Assembly: GCA_019750335.1 (NCBI GenBank)
Contig: JAIEOQ010000008.1
Coordinates: forward strand, 688,293 to 720,292
Source of the DNA: Candidatus Obscuribacterales bacterium
GTDB lineage: Bacteria; Cyanobacteriota; Vampirovibrionia; Obscuribacterales; Obscuribacteraceae
DNA: 32,000 nt
Reading direction: 5' to 3'
The notes below the pieces were generated by a model. It was given only the letters and a program-made list of their open reading frames with translations. It did not search any database and was not told the DNA's origin. Numbering within the stretch: the first letter of the stretch is position 1; each line of letters opens with the position of its first letter. Both the position numbers and the translations under genes were made by a program. Positions 8,059-16,022 of this stretch are shown here, one piece after another.

Positions 8059-8484
8059 ATGACTATGACTAAATCCCTAACCAAAGACCTTCACCAGACG
8101 TTGAAAAACTTGGACATCTTTAGCGAAGGGCACGGTCCCTCAGGGGGACACCCGGTGCAGATGGAGGGTCGACTAAAAACGGGAGAGTGGATTGATTTTC
8201 GCGCCCGCGGCACAAGCTGCGGTTTGAACGTATACGAGTACGACGGAGAAGGGTTCGGCTACAAAATTGTGCAATACAGTATTGGTGTCGAAATTCTGCC
8301 CCGTTCAGCTCGTATTGCTAAAGAAGAGTTGAATAGCTTGCCAAAAGAAGATGCGCCCTACAAGACTAAAAGTCGCGACGGGGTCAGCAACATGCGTCAA
8401 GCTGTAGCAGCCAAGCTTATTAAGCGCTGGTTGGCTGAGTATCAAACTCATCGGCAAGCACTTTTAAACCGGCTCTATAGCTAG
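8059..8484 (+). CDS. Hypothetical soluble protein (141 aa)
   Basis: Track ORF. GAAGGA abuts the first ATG, so the second ATG at 8065 has the better spacing. A terminator follows. No family recognised. Confidence 0.65.
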   Translation: MTMTKSLTKDLHQTLKNLDIFSEGHGPSGGHPVQMEGRLKTGEWIDFRARGTSCGLNVYEYDGEGFGYKIVQYSIGVEILPRSARIAKEELNSLPKEDAPYKTKSRDGVSNMRQAVAAKLIKRWLAEYQTHRQALLNRLYS

Positions 8485-8494
8485 AAGCAAAAGA

Positions 8495-8541
8495 GAAAGG
8501 GTATCGGATCCCACCAGTCCGGCGCCCTTTCCTTTTTGTTT
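8495..8541 (+). terminator. Rho-independent terminator closing the + strand cluster
   Basis: GAAAGGG (8495-8501) pairs with CCCTTTC (8525-8531), with inner CGGA/TCCG pairing, followed by CTTTTTGTTTT. Confidence 0.6.
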
Positions 8542-8638
8542 TATTAACTATTGCATATAGTTTATAAAACAAAAAGGAAAGCAACCAAATAAACCACGCC
8601 CTGTTTCTCTAGCTGACTTCAGAGTACTCTCCATAAAC

Positions 8639-8772
8639 GGCCCTCGGTGCCGATGACAATTTATGGTCACCATTAACAATATATCTTGACGCCAAAAGCC
8701 TCTATTTAAGCCAATTCCAAGCTCAAACAAATCATTTAGTTCGACACAATTTTGTCATCGACAGCGAGGGCC
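8639..8772. mobile_element. MITE-like non-autonomous element, 134 bp, with terminal inverted repeats of about 26 bp (family A, copy 1)
   Basis: The left end is GGCCCTCGGTGCCGATGACAATTTATGG (8639-8666). The revcomp of the right end (8747-8772) is GGCCCTCGCTGTCGATGACAAAATTG. Both ends match the ends of the 26543-26675 element in the opposite orientation. Confidence 0.7.
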
Positions 8773-8809
8773 GCAACTAGCTATAGCACGATCTGTGCGA
8801 AAGAGTTTT

Positions 8810-10792
8810 TCACTTTGCCGGAGTTGCTACCGGAATCAGATCAAGCGCTTCTTTGTTATCTACAGATGAGAGATCGCCCGGATCTTCGCCCAGATATTTG
8901 CGCCTGATTGTACCGCGCACAATTTTGCCTGAACGCGTTTTAGGTAACGCTGATACAAAGTGCACTGCTTCAGGTTTTAACGGATGACCCATTTTGTGAC
9001 CGATCAAATCTTTCAGCTCTTTTTCCAGAGCAGAACTGCCTTCTTTGCCTGGCAGTAAGACAGCAAAACAGACAAGCCCTTCACCTTTGACCGCATGAGG
9101 AACACCGATGGCAGCAGCCTCAGCTACGTTTGCATGTTCGACTAAAATCGATTCAACTTCACCGGGTCCTAAACGTTTACCGGCAATTTTTATTGTGTCG
9201 TCCGAGCGTCCGAACAAGAACCAACAGCCATCTTCATCGACTTTAGCCCAATCACCGTGGTACCAAATTTCTGGGAAACGGCTGAAATATGTTTCGATAT
9301 AACGCTCAGGATCTTTGAGAAAACCTTTGGTCATCGAAGGCGAGGGCTTGCGACAGATCAAATGACCGATGCCGTCACGTATGCTCTTTCCTTCTTCGTC
9401 AACCACATCGACAGCCATGCCTAAGCCAGGTCCACCTAAAGTGCAAGGCTTAAGCGGCATAATCGGCAAGGGCTGGAGCAAACAGCCGACCAATTCAGTA
9501 CCGCCAGAGATATTGATTATCGGGCTGCGAGTTTTACCGACTTTATTGAAAAACCACATGTAACTATCTAAATCCCAGGGTTCACCGGTTGAACCTAAAA
9601 GACGCAAGCTTTCCATCGGATATTTGTCTACCCATTCATCGCCTGAGGCGCGCAAAACCCGAATTGCCGTCGGGCTTATACCTAAAGTGCTTACTTTATG
9701 CCGCTCAATTATTTTCCAAACACGGTCAGCTTCCGGAAAGTTAGGCGCACCCTCGGCAATAACCATGGTGCCACCCCAAAAGGTGACGCCAATCATCTCC
9801 CAAGGGCCCATCATCCAACCAATATCGGTAAACCAGAAGAATACATCTTCCGCTTTGACGTCAAAAGCAAAACCAAGCTCCCGAGCGATGGATGCCAAAG
9901 CCCCTGCATGAGTATGCACAGTTCCTTTCGGTTTACCTGTGGTACCGGATGTATACAAATACATCGATGGATGCTCCGCTGGCAAAGCTTGTGTCGGCAA
10001 ATCAGCATCGCCTGTTTCCAGCACATCGCTCCAGCGCAGATCGCGTCCTTCTTTCCATTCGGAAGCCATACCAAAACGATCGAGCACCACTACATGTTTG
10101 AGACCAGGCAAACCAGCGGCCGCTTCATCAGCATCAGGCTTGATCGCCATTTTTTTGCCGCGGCGCATGCCACCATCAGCGGTGAATAGAATTTTGGCGT
10201 CCGAATCGGCCATGCGTGCCTGCAGAGCCTGACCGCCAAAACCGCTGAAGACAGGCACTATTACAGCACCAATTTTCAAACAGGCAAAAAGTACGGCAAC
10301 AACTTCCGGCACCATCGGCATATAAATCCCGACCGCATCTCCCGACTTGATGCCCATTTTTACAAGAGCTGAAGCCAGACGGCTGGAAACATCATGCAAC
10401 TTGCCGTAAGACCATTTTTCGCAAATCCCGTCTTCACCTTCCCAAATAATCGCCGTATGGTCGGCTGAAACTTTCGGACGATTAGGAAAAGCTTTGATAG
10501 TGGGATCCAGATGATAGTCAAGACAGTTGCTGACGATGTTCATTTCGCCGTCGATAAACCATTTAGTCCAGGCAAAGCCGCCTGATTGGTCCATTAATTT
10601 GCTGTAGGGTTTGTGCCAGACCATCCCGCAATAATCAAGAGCCGCTTTCCAGAACCAATCGATGTCGTCAGCCGAGCGCTTTACCAGCTCTTGCCAATTG
10701 TCGATCTTGTTCTTATTCATGAAATCGACAACGCGACAATTAAGATATTCGCCGCTTGGACGCCAGATGACATCTGAGATTGTTGTGCTCAT
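8810..10792 (-). CDS. AMP-forming acyl-CoA synthetase, acetyl-CoA-synthetase-like
   Basis: Track ORF of 660 aa. Motifs are YLYTSGTTGKPKGTVHTH, RSDDTIKIAGKRLGPGEVE and LPKTRSGKIVRGTIRRK. The N-terminal architecture is Acs-like. It has ISGGTELVG where classical Acs has WWQTETGG, so the substrate is uncertain. Confidence 0.85.
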   Translation of the reverse strand: MSTTISDVIWRPSGEYLNCRVVDFMNKNKIDNWQELVKRSADDIDWFWKAALDYCGMVWHKPYSKLMDQSGGFAWTKWFIDGEMNIVSNCLDYHLDPTIKAFPNRPKVSADHTAIIWEGEDGICEKWSYGKLHDVSSRLASALVKMGIKSGDAVGIYMPMVPEVVAVLFACLKIGAVIVPVFSGFGGQALQARMADSDAKILFTADGGMRRGKKMAIKPDADEAAAGLPGLKHVVVLDRFGMASEWKEGRDLRWSDVLETGDADLPTQALPAEHPSMYLYTSGTTGKPKGTVHTHAGALASIARELGFAFDVKAEDVFFWFTDIGWMMGPWEMIGVTFWGGTMVIAEGAPNFPEADRVWKIIERHKVSTLGISPTAIRVLRASGDEWVDKYPMESLRLLGSTGEPWDLDSYMWFFNKVGKTRSPIINISGGTELVGCLLQPLPIMPLKPCTLGGPGLGMAVDVVDEEGKSIRDGIGHLICRKPSPSMTKGFLKDPERYIETYFSRFPEIWYHGDWAKVDEDGCWFLFGRSDDTIKIAGKRLGPGEVESILVEHANVAEAAAIGVPHAVKGEGLVCFAVLLPGKEGSSALEKELKDLIGHKMGHPLKPEAVHFVSALPKTRSGKIVRGTIRRKYLGEDPGDLSSVDNKEALDLIPVATPAK

Positions 10793-10950
10793 TGCTTGGT
10801 CCTACAATATAAAGAGTCTGACATGTTCAGCATTTTACTCCGAACATCCTGATAAATGGCGATCCGCAGCCGGATCTGAGCGACTACTAAGGTAACTCCG
10901 CAAAAAATATCAAAACTCTTGAGAATTCTCCGCTTAAACTCAACCAACAG

Positions 10951-11844
10951 ATGACCAACTACGAAGAACGACTGACGGCAGCAATTGATTTTATCGAAGA
11001 TCGGCTACTTGAGCCAATTTCGACAAGCTCTGTTGCCGAACATATCGGATTTTCCGAATATCATTTTCACCGTATTTTTCAAGGAATGCTCGGTGAATCG
11101 GTTGCCGCATATATTCGCAAAAGACGGATTTCGGAAGCAGCTACACTGCTTAGAACAAGTGATAGAGCAATTTTAGATCTAGCTCTTATGTCCGGATTCG
11201 AATCCCAGGAAGCCTTTACAAGAGCTTTCAAGAAAGTATTCAAATTAAGTCCGGGAGCTTATCGCAAAGGCACAAGACCGCTTTCGGTGCACCACAAAGT
11301 GAGGTTAAAACCAGAAATGATCAAACACTTGCAAGAAGGAGTTACTCTAACCCCTCGTTTTGAAGAAAAGGGTCCATGGCTCGTTGTCGGGCTTGGCGGC
11401 AGCTATTCCGAAGAGAAAGAGAATGTTAACGAGATTGGTCTTTTGTGGCAAAAATTTCTTGAAAGAAAGCACGAACTAGTTAGCGAACAGAATTGTTCCG
11501 AGCTTTCTTTTGGTGTATGCATGGCATCACATCCTCAAATTCCCCTGGAAACAGGCAAAACGTTCGTTTATATTGCCGGCGTTCCGATAAAAGAAGTGGA
11601 TAAACTACCGAAAGGCATGGTATCGTGTACGATACCAAAAGCGAAATATGCCGTGTTTACACACAAAGGATCTTTGGAAAAGCTGCCTCACACTTTGCGT
11701 TATATCTGGGGCACCTGGATACCGCAGAACATCAAAGATTACAAGCATGTGAACGGTCCGGATTTCGAGATTTATGACAAGCGTTTCAAGCTTGACAGCG
11801 AAGAAAGTGAATTTGATATTTGCGTGCCGCTTGAAATTCTATAA
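10951..11844 (+). CDS. AraC-family transcriptional regulator with a GyrI-like effector-binding domain
   Basis: Track ORF of 297 aa. The N-terminal HTH has VAEHIGFSEYHFHRIFQGMLG and GFESQEAFTRAFKKVFKLSPGAYRK. The C-terminal half resembles the Rob/GyrI-like domain. The gene is divergent from the acyl-CoA synthetase. Confidence 0.85.
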   Translation: MTNYEERLTAAIDFIEDRLLEPISTSSVAEHIGFSEYHFHRIFQGMLGESVAAYIRKRRISEAATLLRTSDRAILDLALMSGFESQEAFTRAFKKVFKLSPGAYRKGTRPLSVHHKVRLKPEMIKHLQEGVTLTPRFEEKGPWLVVGLGGSYSEEKENVNEIGLLWQKFLERKHELVSEQNCSELSFGVCMASHPQIPLETGKTFVYIAGVPIKEVDKLPKGMVSCTIPKAKYAVFTHKGSLEKLPHTLRYIWGTWIPQNIKDYKHVNGPDFEIYDKRFKLDSEESEFDICVPLEIL

Positions 11845-11857
11845 CCGGTTTTAACAA

Positions 11858-12985
11858 CTATTTGAATTTACGAGACAGCTCTGCGGCAATGGTGCGGAGC
11901 TGTCTCGTATCACCTTGACCGGAGCTTGTATCAGCTTTCTGTGCAGCAGAAAGCAAAACCTCGCCGCGACCGAGCATCGCCTTGGCTCTGCTTATATCAC
12001 TTTGCTGTGGATTAGCCGCATAGTGTCCGGCAAAAGCAAGATAACACAAAGCCGCATCTCTAAATAACTTGGCTTTTTTTGGCGGATCGTCCGCGGTTTG
12101 CTCAGCACGTTGCTCAAGTACTGTAGCCAAATCTCGCATGCCAGCTTCATTTCTTTCAACTGCTTGAGTAGCTTGTTCAAAAGCACAGTTGGGTCCTTGA
12201 ATTTTGTGCACTCCAGAAACAGAATCAAGCCGGTCGGTAATATAATCACGCACTGTTCTTATTTGTCGAATCATGGTTTCATCAATGCTGACACCATTAG
12301 CCGCTTTGTCTTCATTGCGCGCAGCAAATTCAAGCATTTTTTGTGTATGATCGATAGCCGCAAGCAAAGCCGGCCGCGCATAATCACCAACATCCATATC
12401 TTTGCCGATTTTCACTGTATGCGGACCGCCGTAGGGCTGTACTCCTTCGTCAAGCTTGTTTTCGGCAAAGGCGACAGACAGTAAGGCAACACGCCTGGAA
12501 ACAGCAGCTTGCTGCAGCGGATCGCCGGTTGCTTGCTCTCTGTTTTTTTCCGCTTGCAATAGTGAAGCCAAGAAATTGCCACTATCATTGGTGCCTTCCG
12601 CGATCCGAATGACACTATTGATAAACGATTTACTCGTTTGCTCCTGAGCATCTTCTCGCAAAGCAATCTCAACAGCCGAAGCCGCTTTCGGATAATAAGC
12701 CTTGTTTTTATGTCCTTCATGAACAAAAGCTCGTTCGGTTAAATAACGAATTTCGTCGGCAGGCAGGCTGTCGCGATTTTCATAAATCCATTGCAAGCCC
12801 AGGGGGTATTGAGCTGTAGCTAAGCCTTGTGCCGGCGCATAAACCGCTTGCGGAATTTGTACATCTCTTGACCGTCCAAAATCTTGCCCGTCATAGGACA
12901 ACTTTTGCCCGGCTGCAAAAGATTCAGGCCGCGTCGCAGTTTTATCTTCAAAAGTGTCGTTTATGCCGCGATCCGGTGTGGGCAT
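11858..12985 (-). CDS. Hypothetical helical protein (375 aa), no signal peptide
   Basis: Track ORF. It is the longest frame here, and competing ORFs are short. It is convergent with the AraC gene, with a 13-nt gap. No family recognised. Confidence 0.65.
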   Translation of the reverse strand: MPTPDRGINDTFEDKTATRPESFAAGQKLSYDGQDFGRSRDVQIPQAVYAPAQGLATAQYPLGLQWIYENRDSLPADEIRYLTERAFVHEGHKNKAYYPKAASAVEIALREDAQEQTSKSFINSVIRIAEGTNDSGNFLASLLQAEKNREQATGDPLQQAAVSRRVALLSVAFAENKLDEGVQPYGGPHTVKIGKDMDVGDYARPALLAAIDHTQKMLEFAARNEDKAANGVSIDETMIRQIRTVRDYITDRLDSVSGVHKIQGPNCAFEQATQAVERNEAGMRDLATVLEQRAEQTADDPPKKAKLFRDAALCYLAFAGHYAANPQQSDISRAKAMLGRGEVLLSAAQKADTSSGQGDTRQLRTIAAELSRKFK

Positions 12986-13103
12986 TAATAATCAACCTAC
13001 CTCGACCTGAGTATCATACCCGCAGACACTAATATATAATCCGCCCCGCCCCAGTCCTAGGGTTCAGCTTTTTATTGATTCATACTATAAATAATAGTTG
13101 TTA

Positions 13104-13148
13104 ACAGAAAACAAAAAGGCAGCTGGAGTTAAAGCCAACCACCTTTTT
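13104..13148 (-). terminator. Strand-specific rho-independent terminator for the PTH2-led operon
   Basis: On the minus-strand RNA, AAAGGUGGUUGG pairs with CCAGCUGCCUUU over 12 bp, including 4 G-U pairs that form only on this strand. UUUUGUUUU follows. Confidence 0.6.
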
Positions 13149-13176
13149 GTTTAAGACACAATCGTTCTGAGCCTAA

Positions 13177-13686
13177 TTACGGGTGAAAATCACCCGGATA
13201 GCCGGCCAACCACGTACCGGTATCAAACGAAAGCTTGATTCCGAAAGGCTCATCAGGCGTTTGCGAAGCACGACCGCGCACCAAGGTCAGTTGGCTGCCG
13301 CGTTCGCTCTTCCCGCCGCTTTGGAAATAAACACACCAGCAATCTTCGTCAATAAGCGCCCGAGCGAATCGGTTTACCACCGGCAAATGCTGCTTGGTTT
13401 GCAGCGGCTTACCGTGATTATTCCGCGGGCTGAGCGCCGCCTGCAAATCGGCCCCCAAAGTAAACGAAAAACGGATGCCGATCACGACCTTGTCGACAAT
13501 CGCGCGTAACGTCAAGTTGGTAACACGCTCATCGCCAAGCTTATCGGGACTGACGGAAAAAACTTGCAACTTGGCGCCGAGTTCCGCATCGTCCTGCAGC
13601 TTTTGCCAAACGGACAAAACCGGCTTCGGCTGCATATGCATGACGGCTAAAGCTTCGTCACCACGCCAGACTATTAGCTTGTCCAC
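13177..13686 (-). CDS. Hypothetical protein (169 aa), last gene of the operon
   Basis: Track ORF with a GTG start. AAAGGA lies 6 nt upstream and there is a 13-nt gap to the upstream gene. No family recognised. Confidence 0.65.
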   Translation of the reverse strand: MDKLIVWRGDEALAVMHMQPKPVLSVWQKLQDDAELGAKLQVFSVSPDKLGDERVTNLTLRAIVDKVVIGIRFSFTLGADLQAALSPRNNHGKPLQTKQHLPVVNRFARALIDEDCWCVYFQSGGKSERGSQLTLVRGRASQTPDEPFGIKLSFDTGTWLAGYPGDFHP

Positions 13687-13699
13687 AAATTATCCTTTC

Positions 13700-14740
13700 T
13701 TAGGGCTTAGCACCCAACTCCGAAGCGAGCTGCTTCAGGGTAATGAACTGACCGCGGTTCCAGCCGTACTTAGCCGCCAGCTTCTGGAGCGCCGCCAGAC
13801 GATCCGGTTCGCCCGGGGTGTCGATCATGAAGTTACCGATGGCTGCCTTCGGGCAGTGAATCATCATGCCGCCGTCGGCAGAAGCCGAGTCACCATCGCG
13901 GCCGGCGATGACGATATTGTCGTCCACGATGAAGTCCCAACCGAAACGCGCCCGATTGCTGTGCACCCAAAAATGGAAGTTGAGAGCTTTGCCCGGTTGC
14001 GGACGCGTCCCCCATTCTTCGCCGAAAACTTCGTAAGAGTGCGGGACGCCGGTCGCCTTGCCGTCCGTACCGTAACGCAAAGTAGCACCAACGACGTTTT
14101 CGGGCTTGATCCCGAGATAAGGCGCCGCCGCCACAGCCAATTCCTGGTCGCCATTGGAAACGATGACCACATGAACGCCGGCTTCTTCCAGAGTGCGATT
14201 CTCTTCCGGCACCCCCGGATAAATGCGCCTTGCGTATTCCGGCGCAAAAGCTGCGAGGTGAGCTTTCTTCTCATCCCGCCGCCAGCCGACCTGGGCCGGC
14301 CAATAATAATTGGACCAGAGCTCGAGCAAGCTGATACCATCGTGACCGGCTTCTTTACGCAGCCAGAGAGCGACCACGTCCATGGGCTGCATACCCGACA
14401 CCCGGCGCAAAGCCGGAATCTTGCGCCGCTTGGCCGTGAGCGCTTTCTTGATCGCCTTCACGCCTTCGGCGGTGAAAGCATTGTGACGACAACACCAGTG
14501 GTAGAAGAAGGTGAAAACATCGCCGGCGGCTTGAGTCTTATCGACATCGCGCAGCCAGAAAACCTCGCGACCCTCAGCTTTTTCGGCAGCGACCCAATCG
14601 CGAAACGCTGCCGAACGGAAATATTCGGTACGTTGCGCCGTAGTCAGACGAGCAGCAGCAACGTCGTTGCTGTCGTAGCTACCGCCGGTAATGGCATACA
14701 AAGCACGACGCGCATTCAAGAGAGCTTGAGAAGCGCTCAT
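13700..14740 (-). CDS. HAD-superfamily (subfamily IB-like) hydrolase with a large cap or insert
   Basis: Track ORF of 346 aa. Motif I is LRDVDKTQ (DxDxT). VVIVSNGDQELAVAAAPYLGI is also present. Motif IV is GRDGDSASADGGMM. GAGGA lies 5 nt upstream of the ATG. Confidence 0.75.
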   Translation of the reverse strand: MSASQALLNARRALYAITGGSYDSNDVAAARLTTAQRTEYFRSAAFRDWVAAEKAEGREVFWLRDVDKTQAAGDVFTFFYHWCCRHNAFTAEGVKAIKKALTAKRRKIPALRRVSGMQPMDVVALWLRKEAGHDGISLLELWSNYYWPAQVGWRRDEKKAHLAAFAPEYARRIYPGVPEENRTLEEAGVHVVIVSNGDQELAVAAAPYLGIKPENVVGATLRYGTDGKATGVPHSYEVFGEEWGTRPQPGKALNFHFWVHSNRARFGWDFIVDDNIVIAGRDGDSASADGGMMIHCPKAAIGNFMIDTPGEPDRLAALQKLAAKYGWNRGQFITLKQLASELGAKP

Positions 14741-14766
14741 GGGATTCCTCTTTTGATTGTTGTGGG

Positions 14767-15504
14767 TTATCGTATTTCTCGGGTCTGCTTAATAAGCCAG
14801 CACAAAAACACGACTACACAGGCGACGAAAGTCCAAAAAATCAGGCGCACCCACCAAGGGAACGGCGAAAACTCAAGATCAAAGAGACCACCGTCGGCAA
14901 AATAGTAATGAATACTTTTTCCCGCTTGGACGTCCTGAGAACGCCCTTCTTGCAGAGGTTCGACCTTAGCGATGGTTTCACCATCGCCAGCCAGCGTTAA
15001 TATGCAAAGCGGCTGCCCATCCGTATCCCAGGTGCGGACTTCGGTCAACTTTCCCTCACCGACATACGCGCCCGGCTTGACGCTACCACCAACGGTTGCC
15101 CAAGTCAGCTGATGTCGTGAGCCATTTGGCGCCAAACGCAATACTTCAACAACACCTTGCTTATAGGTGCGTCGCTCGCTTTGTCGCCCACTGGCTTTTT
15201 CATACCAAGTCTTAGTACGAACCTGAGCTTGCTCGTCCCAGGTCTCTTCAAGATAGAGATCCGATTTACCAGGAATATTGGTGTCGTAGTTCTGACTTTT
15301 GCGGTAAGAGCCGTCCACTCCGTAAATCTTAAGCTCTGCCAGGTCTTTACCACGAAAGGTACGGACTTCACGCGAGCCATCGGCAAGACGGGTTTCCTCG
15401 GTCTTCCAGGGGCGACTGTCGCCCCCACCACGCGGAGCAGCAGTCGCCGTATCAGCAGACACGAGAAACGCACAAACAAAGAGGCAGAGGATGAAGCGCA
15501 ACAT
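14767..15504 (-). CDS. Signal-peptide protein with beta-rich MORN/YwqK-like repeats and a C-terminal TM anchor
   Basis: Track ORF of 245 aa. MLRFILCLFVCAFLVSADTATA is a signal peptide. The motif recurs as DGSREVRTFRGKD, AQVRTKTWYEKASG and KLTEVRTWDTDGQP. The C-terminal TM is WWVRLIFWTFVACVVVFLCWLI. Confidence 0.7.
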   Translation of the reverse strand: MLRFILCLFVCAFLVSADTATAAPRGGGDSRPWKTEETRLADGSREVRTFRGKDLAELKIYGVDGSYRKSQNYDTNIPGKSDLYLEETWDEQAQVRTKTWYEKASGRQSERRTYKQGVVEVLRLAPNGSRHQLTWATVGGSVKPGAYVGEGKLTEVRTWDTDGQPLCILTLAGDGETIAKVEPLQEGRSQDVQAGKSIHYYFADGGLFDLEFSPFPWWVRLIFWTFVACVVVFLCWLIKQTREIR

Positions 15505-15557
15505 AAGAAACTCGTTCTTGGCTTGGCAGCCGTTACGAACACAGTTTGAGAAAGAAC

Positions 15558-15938
15558 TCAGTACAAAGGCAACTTTCCGGTAATCGGATCGACAAGCTCA
15601 GCCGGTGCCGGACCGATGGACACCACCGTATAGGTGAGCATACCTTTGAACTCGGTGTGCCCCAAGTCCTGCACCAGATGCGCATTGAGCCCCGCGGCTT
15701 TAGCTTGCTCGAACACCGCCAAAAGCTCGGCTTCGCTGTTGACGCTCACCGTGATTTTCGGATACTCGTCGGCAAGCCAGTCATAGAGCCACTGTTCATC
15801 GCGCAGCTTCGGCTTTTCACCGGAACGGTCTATGATGATTTCCTGAACGGCATGACCGATTTGCGAACCGATCTTGCCTTTGTGCACTTTTAAATCTTTG
15901 CGCACAACCAAAACCATTTTCAGATTGGACTTTCCCAT
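15558..15938 (-). CDS. pth2: Peptidyl-tRNA hydrolase, PTH2 (archaeal/eukaryotic) family
   Basis: Track ORF of 126 aa. KMVLVVRKDLKVHKGKIGSQIGHA, LVQDLGHTEF, VSIGPAPAELVDPITGKLPLY align motif-for-motif with my recollection of human PTRH2 (KMVMVVRTDLGMTKGKVAAQCSHA, IQDAGRTQI, IGPGPADLIDKVTGHLKLY). AAGGAGG lies 8 nt upstream. Confidence 0.85.
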   Translation of the reverse strand: MGKSNLKMVLVVRKDLKVHKGKIGSQIGHAVQEIIIDRSGEKPKLRDEQWLYDWLADEYPKITVSVNSEAELLAVFEQAKAAGLNAHLVQDLGHTEFKGMLTYTVVSIGPAPAELVDPITGKLPLY

Positions 15939-15965
15939 AGGAACGCCCTCCTTGCAAAAGACTTA

Positions 15966-16010
15966 AAGGCGGAAGGGAGGCTGTTGCCAGACACTCCCTT
16001 CCGCCTTTTT
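15966..16010 (-). terminator. Perfect 12-bp stem-loop flanked by A- and T-runs (bidirectional terminator form) between the deaminase gene and pth2
   Basis: GGCGGAAGGGAG (15968-15979) pairs with CTCCCTTCCGCC (15994-16005) around a 14-nt loop. It is flanked by AAA on the 5' side and TTTTT on the 3' side. Confidence 0.65.
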
Positions 16011-16022
16011 GAATAGTTAAAA

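Noticed and set aside
8548-8730. A 60-aa minus-strand ORF.
   Set aside because: It runs across the left TIR and interior of the MITE-like element, which explains the sequence better. It has no SD.
11194-11205. GGATTCGAATCC, which looks like a tRNA T-arm.
   Set aside because: It lies inside the AraC-family coding frame (MSGFESQEAF). The flanks contain no acceptor, D or anticodon stems.
13475-14905. A 476-aa + strand ORF, the longest ORF in this part of the window.
   Set aside because: It lies antisense to two minus-strand genes with recognisable motifs and good SDs (HAD-IB DVDKT/GDSASAD, and the signal-peptide repeat protein). Its translation is Arg/Ser/Thr/Pro-rich low complexity. This is typical of a stop-free antisense frame in GC-rich coding DNA.
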